Below, in pieces: positions 1 through 8,848 of a stretch of DNA of 64,000 nucleotides. The notes below the pieces were generated by a model. That model saw only the letters and a program-made list of their open reading frames with translations. It was not told where the DNA came from and ran no database searches. Within the stretch, counting starts at the first letter, position 1. The number at the start of each line of letters is the position of its first letter. A program made the translations under genes and the position numbers. The stretch comes from Thermoanaerobaculia bacterium (GTDB lineage: Bacteria; Acidobacteriota; Thermoanaerobaculia; Multivoradales; JAHEKO01), in NCBI GenBank assembly GCA_947259925.1, contig CAMYOG010000042.1:15221-79220 (forward strand). The letters are read 5' to 3'.

Positions 1-583
1 AGGCGCCACCGGCGACGCACGGCCCCATGATCGCCGCCATCTGGAAGACCCCCTCGGCCGAGAGGCGCGCGTTGTTGTAGAAGGCTCTACCGAAGTGCTC
101 CTTGTCGGGAAAGATCTCGTCCTGAAGCGGCAGGAAGACCCCCGCCGAGTCGACCAGGTAGACGATCGGCAGCCGGTTCTCGAGGGCGATCTCCTGCGCG
201 CGTAGCACCTTCTTGCAGGTCAGTGGAAACCAGGCGCCCGCCTTGACGGTGGAGTCGTTCGCGACCACCACGATCTCGCGTCCGTGGATCCGCCCGATGC
301 CGACGATCACCCCGGCCGCCGGCGCCCCGCCGTACTCCTCGTAGAAGCCGTAGGCGGCCCACAGTCCGAGCTCCAGGAACGGTGCCCCCGGATCGCACAG
401 CGCGTCTATCCGCTCGCGCGCGGTCATCTTGCCCTTGGCGCGCTGCTTCTGCCATGCCTTCTCGCCGCCACCGCCGCGCAGGATCGCCTCTTCGGCGCGC
501 AGCTTCTCCAGCTCGGCGGTCCAGTGATCCAGCCGCTGCAGGAACGCCTGATCTTCCTTCTTGCTCGATTCGATGACCGCCAT
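1..583 (-). CDS. Acyl-CoA carboxylase carboxyltransferase beta subunit (3-methylcrotonyl-CoA carboxylase-like); 3' end runs off the window
   Basis: Manual translation from ATG at 583: [14 protein letters not shown]...[22 protein letters not shown]...[30 protein letters not shown]...[49 protein letters not shown], all typical carboxyl_trans motifs. TATAAT on the minus strand at 613-608. Confidence 0.9.
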   Translation of the reverse strand, partial: MAVIESSKKEDQAFLQRLDHWTAELEKLRAEEAILRGGGGEKAWQKQRAKGKMTARERIDALCDPGAPFLELGLWAAYGFYEEYGGAPAAGVIVGIGRIHGREIVVVANDSTVKAGAWFPLTCKKVLRAQEIALENRLPIVYLVDSAGVFLPLQDEIFPDKEHFGRAFYNNARLSAEGVFQMAAIMGPCVAGGA

Positions 584-653
584 TGCGCCTCCCACGGGGC
601 AGGCGTGATTATACGTAGGGTGGCGTGCCCGGTAGGCTGCTACGATCCCGGCG

Positions 654-1340
654 ATGCGCATTCGTCTGCTGGCGTTCGCGTCCGCCGCCGAAGCGATCGG
701 TGGCGGCGAAGGGGAGCTCGAGCTGCCGGCGGGCGCATCGGTCGCCGACCTGAGAAGAGTGCTGGAGGAGCGCCACCCCGCCCTCGGCAGGCTCTGGGAG
801 CGGCTTGCGGTGGCGGTCGACGGCGAGGTGGCGGGTCCGGAGCGGCAGCTGACCGACGGCTGCGAGGTCGCGCTCCTGCCCCCGGTCTCCGGAGGCTCCG
901 CGGCACCACGCGCGCGGCTCGTCGACGGCACCATCGACCTCGCCGAGCTCACCCGCGAGATGTCAGACCCGGGAAGCGGAGCGCTGCTGATCTTCCTCGG
1001 TCGCCCTCGCGGTCGGACCGGCGAGCGCGCCGTCCGGAGGCTCGAGTACCAGGCCTACGAACCGATGGCCACGGCGGCTCTCGAGAGGATCGCGCTCGAT
1101 CTGGAAGCGGCCGTCGCCGGTCTGTCGGTCCGCATCGTCCACCGTCTGGGCGCGGTCCCGATCGGCGAGCCGAGCGTCGCGATCGCCGTCAGCTCGCCCC
1201 ATCGCGACGCTTCCTACCGTGCCAGCCGCGAGGCCCTCGAGCGCCTCAAGCGCGAGGTGCCGGTCTGGAAGCAGGAGGTCTACCAGGACGGCGGCACCGC
1301 CTGGCGCGAAGAGGAGCCTCTTAATTCGGAGACAGGTTGA
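654..1340 (+). CDS. moaX: Fused MoaD-MoaE molybdopterin synthase (MoaX-like)
   Basis: N-terminal ThiS/MoaD fold ending in PPVSGG, followed by MoaE motifs ([30 protein letters not shown]). Confidence 0.92.
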   Translation: MRIRLLAFASAAEAIGGGEGELELPAGASVADLRRVLEERHPALGRLWERLAVAVDGEVAGPERQLTDGCEVALLPPVSGGSAAPRARLVDGTIDLAELTREMSDPGSGALLIFLGRPRGRTGERAVRRLEYQAYEPMATAALERIALDLEAAVAGLSVRIVHRLGAVPIGEPSVAIAVSSPHRDASYRASREALERLKREVPVWKQEVYQDGGTAWREEEPLNSETG

Positions 1341-1432
1341 GTATTGCATCGAAGATTACGAGACAAGCAAGCCTTCTTCTCAATGCCGTCAGTCGTCCGC
1401 TTCGCTGAAATACTCAACCTGTCCCCGAATTA
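1322..1432. repeat. REP/MITE-like inverted repeat pair (locus A)
   Basis: TAATTCGGAGACAGGTTGAGTATT (1322-1345) and AATACTCAACCTGTCCCCGAATTA (1409-1432): 24-bp arms with 1 mismatch, between convergent genes. Confidence 0.85.
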
Positions 1433-2781
1433 CGGGGCTGATGGAACCGGACCCTGATCCAGCGGGCGTAGTCGTCGTCGAGGGTCCGCCATTCCCGGCC
1501 GAGCTGCCGACCGAGCTCGTCGGGCTCGACCGAGCCACCGGCGGCGACACTCGCCAGAAAATCGCGGAACCGGGACGCCAGCTCGGGATCGGCGAGCAGG
1601 TGGCGGATCCAGAACGATGCCTGCGCGTAGTTGAGCTGATCGTCATCGGTCGCCACGAACTCCCGCCAGTCGAGGGCCAGGAGCTCCGCCAGCGGCTGGA
1701 GCTGGCCCTGGTCGACCGCGCGCCGGAGCGTGATCGCCGACGCCAGAGCACCGCGCCACTCCCAGCCGTCCCAGCGCTCCCGGCTCACTCCGCCCAGCCG
1801 CGCGGTCTCGAGCTTGCCCTCCGGATCGACCTCCGAATGCGCCAGATCGTCGGCCAGTCCCTCCTCGAGCCAAGCCGGCAGCGCCGGACCGAGCGCCCGC
1901 CGGTTGAGCAGGTGGGTAATCTCGTGGACCACGGTCGCGGCGACCTCCAATCGCTCTCTCCCCTCGAGGTCGACCGCGACGATCCCGGCTCCGGTCACCC
2001 CCGAGACGTTCAACCCGCCGAGCGAGATCTCGCGCTCCTGATAGGCGGCGAAGTCGTCGTGCCGCGCGAACAGGATGATCGCTCCCCGCGCGGCGCCGAT
2101 CGGCGCTACGCCGTAGCGCTCCGCGTAGATCGTCTCGAGTGGCCGGACGAGCCGATCGAGAAACGAGATCAGCTCCGGATCGACCCCGCCGCTGACCAGC
2201 CGGTACACGCCGACCGACGCTTCGGACACTTGCGGGCCGACCAGCTCGCGGGCGAACGCCAGCCGCTCCGGGTCGGGCGGCTGGGCGGGCAGGGGGCCGG
2301 GCGGGAGGGGATCGCTGCCGAGCGGCGGCTCGGTGCTCTCCCGGTAGTCCTCGAGGTAGACCCAGCCGACCCGGCCTCGGTAGCGCACGCAAAACCAGTC
2401 CTGCCGCCGGTCGAAGACCCGCAGGTTGGCGACCCCGGCGGTGCGGCCGATCTCGATCGCACCCGGCGCCGGTTCGGCCAGCACCGGCGTTCCCTCGACC
2501 ACCCAGACCACCGGCCGGGCGCCCAGAATCGGATCCGGCTCGGTCGAGCCGGTGTGGATCCCCTCGCGATCGATCACCACGATCTCGGGTGGCTCGTCGA
2601 CCATGGGGGGCGGCTCCAGCGGCAGATACGCGTTACGAAACGCCGTCGCCCACTCCCCCACCACCGGCCATTCGGTCGCCCGGGCCACGATCTCCGCCTC
2701 GGGATGCTGGGTCAGCCAGGCCGCGAACGCCATCGCTCCCAGCAGGAGGACGAAGAGCGTCCGGCCGACCAGCGCGCGCAT
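1414..2781 (-). CDS. Membrane-anchored hypothetical protein with SH3-like segment and HExxH zincin-like domain
   Basis: N-terminal TM helix; DWFCVRYRGRVGWV (SH3b-like); VVHEITHLL...PAWLEEGLA (gluzincin/DUF1570-like pattern). Confidence 0.65.
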   Translation of the reverse strand: MRALVGRTLFVLLLGAMAFAAWLTQHPEAEIVARATEWPVVGEWATAFRNAYLPLEPPPMVDEPPEIVVIDREGIHTGSTEPDPILGARPVVWVVEGTPVLAEPAPGAIEIGRTAGVANLRVFDRRQDWFCVRYRGRVGWVYLEDYRESTEPPLGSDPLPPGPLPAQPPDPERLAFARELVGPQVSEASVGVYRLVSGGVDPELISFLDRLVRPLETIYAERYGVAPIGAARGAIILFARHDDFAAYQEREISLGGLNVSGVTGAGIVAVDLEGRERLEVAATVVHEITHLLNRRALGPALPAWLEEGLADDLAHSEVDPEGKLETARLGGVSRERWDGWEWRGALASAITLRRAVDQGQLQPLAELLALDWREFVATDDDQLNYAQASFWIRHLLADPELASRFRDFLASVAAGGSVEPDELGRQLGREWRTLDDDYARWIRVRFHQPRNSGTG

Positions 2782-2784
2782 GCG

Positions 2785-3963
2785 TCAGTAGCGCGGTATC
2801 GACGGGTCGATCTCGAGGCTCCAGCCATCGATGCCGCCGACCAGGTGGCGGGCGTTCTCGAAGCCCTGATGGAGCAGGAAGTCGAGCGCCTTCCGCGAGC
2901 GGATGCCGGTGTGACAGTAGACGACGATCTCGGCACCGCGATCGAGCTCGTCGACCCGGTGCAAAAGCTCCTGGAGCGGAATCAGCGTCGAGCCCTGGAG
3001 TGCACCGATCGAATGCTCCATCGGCGTCCGTACGTCGAGCAGGACGATCTCACGACCCTGGTCCAAAACGGCGCGCAGCTCGCCGGGGGTTAGCTCTTCC
3101 GACGGCGGTCCCGCGGCGGTCGCCACCACGCTCGAACCCACACCGCAGAATTCCTCGTAGTCGATCAGCTCGGTCAGGGTGGGCGAGGTCGAACAGACCG
3201 GGCAGTCCGCCGCCTTCTTGAGCTTCAGCTCGCGGAACTTGAGGCGCATGGCGTCGAACAGCAGCAGCCGTCCGATGAGCGGCTCGCCGGCTCCGAGCGC
3301 CAGCTTGATCGCCTCGTTCGCCTGCAGCGAGCCGATCACGCCGGGCAGCACCCCGAGGACACCGCCTTCCGCGCACGACGGCACCGCCCCCGGCGGTGGC
3401 GGATCGGGAAAGAGGCATCGGTAGCACGGTCCCTTCGCTCCCCAGAAGACCGAGACCTGGCCCTCGAAGCGGAAGATCGAGCCGTAGACGTTCGGCTTGC
3501 CGGTCAGGACGCAGGCGTCGTTGACCAGATACCTCGTCGGGAAGTTGTCGGTGCCGTCGACGACGACGTCGTAGTCGCCGAACAGCCCGAGCGCGTTCGA
3601 CGAGTCGAGTCGGTGGCCGTGGCGGATCAGGCTGATGTGCGGATTCACTTCCCGAAGTCGATCGATCGCCGCGTCCAGCTTCGGCCGACCGACGTCCGAC
3701 TGACCGTAGAGGACCTGCCGCTGCAGGTTCGACTCGTCGACCGTGTCGAAATCGACCAGGCCGAGCGTCCCGACTCCGGCCGCGGCCAGGTAGAGGCCGA
3801 GCGGTGAGCCCAGGCCGCCGGCGCCGACGACCAGGATGCGCGCTCTCTTGAGCCGCTCCTGTCCGGCACGCCCGACCTCCGGCATGATCAGGTGCCGCGC
3901 GTAACGACGCAGCTCCGCGGGTGTGAGGCCGGCAGCGACTGCGGGGCTGAAGGTCGCTGTCAT
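2785..3963 (-). CDS. moeB: MoeB/ThiF adenylyltransferase with C-terminal rhodanese domain (MoeZ-like)
   Basis: RYARHLIMPEVG, GAGGLG, SNLQRQ, CYRC/CPVC Zn motifs, rhodanese VVYCHTGIRS. Start taken at ATG 3963 (MTATFS). Confidence 0.93.
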   Translation of the reverse strand: MTATFSPAVAAGLTPAELRRYARHLIMPEVGRAGQERLKRARILVVGAGGLGSPLGLYLAAAGVGTLGLVDFDTVDESNLQRQVLYGQSDVGRPKLDAAIDRLREVNPHISLIRHGHRLDSSNALGLFGDYDVVVDGTDNFPTRYLVNDACVLTGKPNVYGSIFRFEGQVSVFWGAKGPCYRCLFPDPPPPGAVPSCAEGGVLGVLPGVIGSLQANEAIKLALGAGEPLIGRLLLFDAMRLKFRELKLKKAADCPVCSTSPTLTELIDYEEFCGVGSSVVATAAGPPSEELTPGELRAVLDQGREIVLLDVRTPMEHSIGALQGSTLIPLQELLHRVDELDRGAEIVVYCHTGIRSRKALDFLLHQGFENARHLVGGIDGWSLEIDPSIPRY

Positions 3964-4394
3964 GACGCCTCGTACTCTACCTGCTCCTCGACCCAGGCCC
4001 CGCTCGCCCGGTCGAGCCGCCAGCTGCGCAGCCCACCGACCCCTTCGGGACCGAGCTCGACGATCAGGTAGCTGACCTCCGGCCAGGCCGCACTCAGATC
4101 GGCAGCGCTCGGCACCGCCGCGGCGTCCGGATGCGAGTGGTAATAGCCGATCACCGCGAGCCCGGCCGCTCGCGCCGCCTTCTGCGCCCGCAGCAACGCC
4201 TCGGGCGCGATCGCGAATCGGCGCCGCCGGCTCCCCGCGTGGACGTTCTCCTCGATCCGCAGCTCGCGCACGGCCGCCCGCTCCCCGGGCTCGCCGATCA
4301 GAATCCCGCACGCCTCCAGCGGGTAGCACCTGAGCGCATCACCCGCGATCGCGTCGCCGACGCTCCGCGGGAGCAGCAGGGTCGACTCGCCTAT
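3960..4394 (-). CDS. JAB/MPN+ (M67) metalloprotease
   Basis: YPLEACGILIG...YYHSHPDAAAVPSAAD = E...HSH-x7-S-x2-D JAMM motif. Start is non-canonical and uncertain (ATA 4394 or CTG 4379). Confidence 0.85.
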   Translation of the reverse strand: MGESTLLLPRSVGDAIAGDALRCYPLEACGILIGEPGERAAVRELRIEENVHAGSRRRRFAIAPEALLRAQKAARAAGLAVIGYYHSHPDAAAVPSAADLSAAWPEVSYLIVELGPEGVGGLRSWRLDRASGAWVEEQVEYEAS

Positions 4395-5272
4395 AGCGTC
4401 AGCCCCTTGAGGAACGCCACCACGATCGCGATCGCCGTGACCGCCAGCGCGGCGAGGGCTCCATACAGGTGGTCCGGCTTCTCGGGCAGGAGCGGATTGA
4501 ACCACTTGGCGAGGCCGTAGCCGGCGACAAACCCTCCCAGGTGCGCCCAGTTGTCGACGCTCGGAAAGACCAGGCCGAAGATGAACAGGAAGACCGCCCA
4601 GATCCACGCCTGCCGCCCGAGATGCGCCGCCACCCCCCGCCGCCCGGCGTAGACGACGGCGCCCAGCAGCCCGAAGACCGCGGCCGAAGCGCCGACGGTC
4701 AGGAGCGCACGTCCCATCAGCAGCGACAGCAGTCCGGAGAGCAGACTGCCCTGGGTGATCGTGAGGGCGAACCCCATGAGCGAGGAGAGCAGAAAGCCGC
4801 CCACCGAGGCGAGGATGTAGATCAGCATCGTCCGGCCAGGGCCGAAGATCACGCTCGCGGCGGGAGCCAGCTGGCGTACCCACATCATGTTGAAGAGGAT
4901 GTGGATCAGGCTGCCGTGCAGCCAGCCGGCCGACAGGAGGGTCCACCAGTGCCCGCTCACCACCACCGGAATCGCGCCCGCCGCGCCCAGTCGAGCGAGG
5001 CTCTCGCCGCTCGGCGACAGGAAGCCGAGATCGGGGGACCAGTTGACGCCGGTGGGCGACAGCACCAGGCTGACCAGATAGAGGAGCGCACACCCGAAGA
5101 TCACCACCTGGCTGACGCCCAGGTCTGCTCCGAGTCGCCGCAGCGCGGGACCGAAGCCCCACATCCCCGGGTTGCTCCGCCCGCAGTGCCAGCACTCGGA
5201 CTCGTTGATGCCGACCAGCTTGCCGCACGACGGGCAGACGACGGAGCCGGTCGTCTGGCGCTTGAACATCAC
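4391..5272 (-). CDS. Rhomboid family intramembrane serine protease with N-terminal zinc ribbon
   Basis: CPSC...CWHC at the N-terminus; HGSLIHILFN, VGASAAVFG (catalytic Ser), AHLGG (catalytic His). Confidence 0.92.
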   Translation of the reverse strand: MMFKRQTTGSVVCPSCGKLVGINESECWHCGRSNPGMWGFGPALRRLGADLGVSQVVIFGCALLYLVSLVLSPTGVNWSPDLGFLSPSGESLARLGAAGAIPVVVSGHWWTLLSAGWLHGSLIHILFNMMWVRQLAPAASVIFGPGRTMLIYILASVGGFLLSSLMGFALTITQGSLLSGLLSLLMGRALLTVGASAAVFGLLGAVVYAGRRGVAAHLGRQAWIWAVFLFIFGLVFPSVDNWAHLGGFVAGYGLAKWFNPLLPEKPDHLYGALAALAVTAIAIVVAFLKGLTL

Positions 5273-5505
5273 TCGTCCGCGCTCTCGGAGTCGCCGGGCT
5301 CCTCGAGCGCCTGCACGATCTGGGTGACCTCCAGGTCGGCCTTGCGGATCTTGGAGCGGCAGAGCTCGATCAGCCGGGTCGCCTCCTTCACCCGCTCGCC
5401 GAGCTCGTCGATGTCGATCTCCTCCTCTTCGATCCGCCGGAGGATGCCCTCCAGCCGCTCCATCGCCTGGCCGAACCTGAGCTCGTCCGGTTTCTCAGTG
5501 CTCAT
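5269..5505 (-). CDS. xseB: Exodeoxyribonuclease VII small subunit
   Basis: FGQAMERLEGILRRIE...IDEL...LIELCRSKI; follows xseA with an ATGA overlap. Confidence 0.9.
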   Translation of the reverse strand: MSTEKPDELRFGQAMERLEGILRRIEEEEIDIDELGERVKEATRLIELCRSKIRKADLEVTQIVQALEEPGDSESADE

Positions 5506-6872
5506 CGATCCTCCACTCGACTCGTCAGCTCGCCGTCGTTCAGTATCGTCGTGATCCGCTCGCCCGGACTCGCCTGTCTCACGCTCCGCAAGATCCGACC
5601 GCGAGCGTCGCGCGTCATTGTAAAGCCCCGCTCCAGGGTCCGCTCGGGCGCCAGTTGGACGCACAGTCGACTCCAACCCTCGAGTCGGGCCTCGGATTCC
5701 CGGAGCCGCGCGCGCGCCAGCGCCGCGATCCGCCCACCCAGCCGCGCCGGTGCGGGACGGCTCCCGTCGAGCAGTCGGGGCGCCGCCTGGGTCAGACGCC
5801 GACTCGCGCCGGTGACCTGTGCAGCGCCGCTCGACAGCAACCGACCGGTAGCGCGCACCAGCGCCTGGCCGCTGGCGGTCAGGCGCTCTCGGGCCGCCGT
5901 GACCCGGAATCCGCTCAATCGCAATGTCCGCTCGACGCGCCGCAGCTCGGCACGCGCCCGCTCGAGCGGCAGCCTGGCCTCCCGCAGAAGCGCCGAGCGC
6001 ACGCTCTCGAGCGCCGCCTCGGCGCGCTCGAGCCGCTGGACCAGGAACTCCGCCACCTTGGTCGGCGTCTTGAGAGAGGTATGGGCAACGAGGTCGGCGA
6101 CCCCTTCGTCGATCTCGTGGCCGAGTCCGGTCAGCACCGGAAACTCGGCGCGCGCGATCGCCTCGGCCACCGCTCGTGAATCGAACACCGCCAGGTCCGA
6201 TCGTGAGCCGCCGCCGCGAATCAGCGCCGCGCAGTCAGGCCGCGGCCGGGCCGCGGCGCGCAGCGCCGAGACGATCTCGCGCTCGGCGCTCGCCCCCTGA
6301 ACGGCGGCGTGCACGAACAGCACCCGGAAACCGTAGGGGCTCTCCTTCAGGGTACTCAGGAAGTCGTGGTAGGCAGCGCTGTCCTCGGAGGCGATCAGGG
6401 CCAGCCTGAGCGGCACCGGAGGCAGGAGATGACCCTTGTTGCGGTCGAGCAGACCCGTCTTGACCAGCGCTTCGATCGTCTCGCGCCGGCGGGCAGCGAG
6501 CTTTCCCTCCGCGAAGGTGACGTCGACCTCGCGGACGACCAGCTGGATGCGGCCGAACGGCGGATAGAAGTCGAGGTTGGCTCGACAGCGGATCTGCTGG
6601 CCCTCGACGATCTCGAGACCGCTCCGCGCGAGAACCCGCTCGACGCGTTGGAGGTCCTTCCGCCAGACGACCGCTTCGAGTCGACCGACGATCTTGTCGC
6701 CCGCGCCCTTTTCGACCAGCTCGAAGTAGAGGTGGCCGCTCCGGTGCCGCTTGATGCGCTGGACCTCGCCGGCGACCCAGACCGAGAAGTAGGCCTGGTT
6801 GACGAGGTCGCGCACCTCCTCACAGAGGCGCGCTACCGAGTAGGTCTCCTCGAAGAGCGGCGTCTGGGTCAA
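5502..6872 (-). CDS. xseA: Exodeoxyribonuclease VII large subunit
   Basis: VWVAGEV, SGHLYF, VQG, IRGGGS, GLGHEID, TPTKVAE, LERGF motifs. Confidence 0.95.
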   Translation of the reverse strand: MTQTPLFEETYSVARLCEEVRDLVNQAYFSVWVAGEVQRIKRHRSGHLYFELVEKGAGDKIVGRLEAVVWRKDLQRVERVLARSGLEIVEGQQIRCRANLDFYPPFGRIQLVVREVDVTFAEGKLAARRRETIEALVKTGLLDRNKGHLLPPVPLRLALIASEDSAAYHDFLSTLKESPYGFRVLFVHAAVQGASAEREIVSALRAAARPRPDCAALIRGGGSRSDLAVFDSRAVAEAIARAEFPVLTGLGHEIDEGVADLVAHTSLKTPTKVAEFLVQRLERAEAALESVRSALLREARLPLERARAELRRVERTLRLSGFRVTAARERLTASGQALVRATGRLLSSGAAQVTGASRRLTQAAPRLLDGSRPAPARLGGRIAALARARLRESEARLEGWSRLCVQLAPERTLERGFTMTRDARGRILRSVRQASPGERITTILNDGELTSRVEDR

Positions 6873-7027
6873 CCCGTGTCCACCGATCTGAGCATCGCGC
6901 GAGGCGGAACGATCCCTCGTGGGTCGGGTCCCACTCCTCCCGTGCGGCGGGAGACGGATCCGGCAATAGCCGGTAGCGGTTCACGGAGAGCTCGGAGCAA
7001 GCCTCGACGCTTCCCTGCGGAGCCTCG

Positions 7028-7576
7028 CTAGTGGAAGCCGACCAGCTCGTCCGAGCTCTCGAGCGGGATCGCCTTCGCCCAGCTGAGTGCGTTGCGGTCG
7101 CCGAGCGTCAGCTTGTCGAGGAACGCCTCGGCGTCGTCGCGGTTGTGGAAGAGGCGCCAGATGAACGTGTGGCCGGCTGGAGCCGTGAAGTAGGTGTAGT
7201 GACGGATGCTGTCGGTCAGGTCGAAGCCGAGGTCGGTCTCGCCGTTGATGCCGACGCACGCCGCGGCGATCCCCTTGTAGGCCAGGGTGAGCGCCTTGAC
7301 CGCGTCCTCGTAGTCTCCCAGCTCCTCCTTCGAGAGCGGTGTGTGGAAGATCGAGATGCGACTCGGATCTTCCTCGGCCAGCAGGTTGTACGGAACATCG
7401 TAGCGATCCATCGCCTCGCGCGTCTCGGCGGTCATCACGAAGACGTCCTCGCTCCCCTCCACCTTGTAGGTGACCGCGAAGATGTCATCGTCGAACTCGG
7501 CGAACGCCTCGGCCAACATGCTCTCGTCTTCGATGGTGAAGTAGAAGAGGCTGTTCAGGTGCCTTCTCGGTGACAT
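7028..7576 (-). CDS. Acidic cytoplasmic hypothetical protein
   Basis: 182-aa ORF with realistic composition; no recognised motif. Confidence 0.7.
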   Translation of the reverse strand: MSPRRHLNSLFYFTIEDESMLAEAFAEFDDDIFAVTYKVEGSEDVFVMTAETREAMDRYDVPYNLLAEEDPSRISIFHTPLSKEELGDYEDAVKALTLAYKGIAAACVGINGETDLGFDLTDSIRHYTYFTAPAGHTFIWRLFHNRDDAEAFLDKLTLGDRNALSWAKAIPLESSDELVGFH

Positions 7577-7714
7577 GGCTGGTGGAACCCCCGTTTGGAG
7601 TGGAAACGAGCCGCCGCTGCTACGACCCGAATGAATCTCGTCTCTGAGCTGTGGCCGCGGGTAGACGCGGTGCGCGCAGGCTCTTCATCATATCGCAAGA
7701 ACCTGAGCTCGCGC

Positions 7715-8110
7715 CTAGGTGGCGGGCAGTTTTCGGCTCGCGGTCAGGATCACCAGCCCGATCACGATCACGAACGGCCCCTCCCAGATCCGCCAGAAGA
7801 ACGGCAGCCCGACGGACCAGTCGATGACCAGCAGGGCGAGGCCGAACAGCGGCAGGGCGACGCCCAGGTAGGTCAGGGTCCCGCGATAGCGAACCGGGTC
7901 GAAGGAGATCACCCAGAAGAGGCCCCCGAGCAGGGCGTAGAACGCGGACGTCGAGCGCGCCAGGTACCAGACCACCGGCGTGTCGGGCATCTCCCCCAGG
8001 CCCAGGTCCGAGTGGATCGAGGCCATCCACGAGTCGGGAGCGACCACGAAAATCAGCGCCAGGAGCGACGCACCGCCGATCCACCGGAGAACGACCTTGA
8101 GGAGCGTCAG
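7715..8110 (-). CDS. Small multi-TM hypothetical membrane protein (start uncertain)
   Basis: Hydrophobic helices; the frame stays open upstream of the ORF-track start (LTLLKVVLRWIGGASLLALIFVV), with no in-frame ATG nearby. Confidence 0.6.
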   Translation of the reverse strand: MTLLKVVLRWIGGASLLALIFVVAPDSWMASIHSDLGLGEMPDTPVVWYLARSTSAFYALLGGLFWVISFDPVRYRGTLTYLGVALPLFGLALLVIDWSVGLPFFWRIWEGPFVIVIGLVILTASRKLPAT

Positions 8111-8176
8111 TTCGCCGCTGCCTCCGGGTCCGGCCGCGCGCGTCGATCGATCGACTCCATCCGCTGACGATAGCAG

Positions 8177-8848
8177 TCAGCTGGACCCGGAGCGCTCCAG
8201 GTAGTCGTCGAGCTGGCGCTTCTGCTCCGGGCTCAGCTGCCGGGCGTCGAGCTCGAGCTCCTTGCCCGGCTCCGGCATCGGCACCCGCGGATTGTTGAGC
8301 GCCGTATCCAGGCCGTCGCAGCTCGAGCCGAAGGTGAAGCGGGTGAAGTTCTCGCAGATCGTCACCAGCTGGCCGGCCAGCTGGCTCTCGATCTGGATCG
8401 TGAGCTCCTCCGACTCGACCATCGTGATCAGGTACTTCTCCTCCTGGCGCTCCAGCTTGACCCGGGTCCGGATCGTCCGCTCCTGGTTCGGCACCACGAC
8501 CACGTCCGTCAGGGTGCCTCCGGAGATACCGGCGACCAGGATCTCGGCCTCGACGTCGGCCTCGCCCTCGAAGTGCACCCAGAGATCCGCCTGATGCTCG
8601 CCATCTTCGAGCGGCGTCAGCTCGAGTCGGTTTGCGAACAGCTCGAAGGTGTTGTTCTCGGACGTCGGGCGGACGACCACCGGACCGTTGCGCACTTCGC
8701 GCAGCTCGCCGCCCAGATCGGTGTAGGTCCCGTTGATCTCCTCGACCACGATGGTCGTGGTCTCCGGTTCGGGCGCCGCGGCGGAGACCACCGTCGCCAG
8801 GGCGAGGAGGCCGAGGAGGTGTCCGAGACGATTCGCGATCCCGCTCAT
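8177..8848 (-). CDS. Secreted hypothetical protein
   Basis: Signal peptide (LLGLLALATVVSAA), acidic beta-rich body, one Cys pair; ATGA overlap with the upstream VWA gene. Confidence 0.7.
   Translation of the reverse strand: MSGIANRLGHLLGLLALATVVSAAAPEPETTTIVVEEINGTYTDLGGELREVRNGPVVVRPTSENNTFELFANRLELTPLEDGEHQADLWVHFEGEADVEAEILVAGISGGTLTDVVVVPNQERTIRTRVKLERQEEKYLITMVESEELTIQIESQLAGQLVTICENFTRFTFGSSCDGLDTALNNPRVPMPEPGKELELDARQLSPEQKRQLDDYLERSGSS

Noticed and set aside
2785..4394. E1 + JAB as a CBASS/Bil-type anti-phage system
   Set aside because: No E2, CD-NTase or effector nearby; the E1 is a standard MoeB-rhodanese and a MoaD-MoaE substrate is adjacent.
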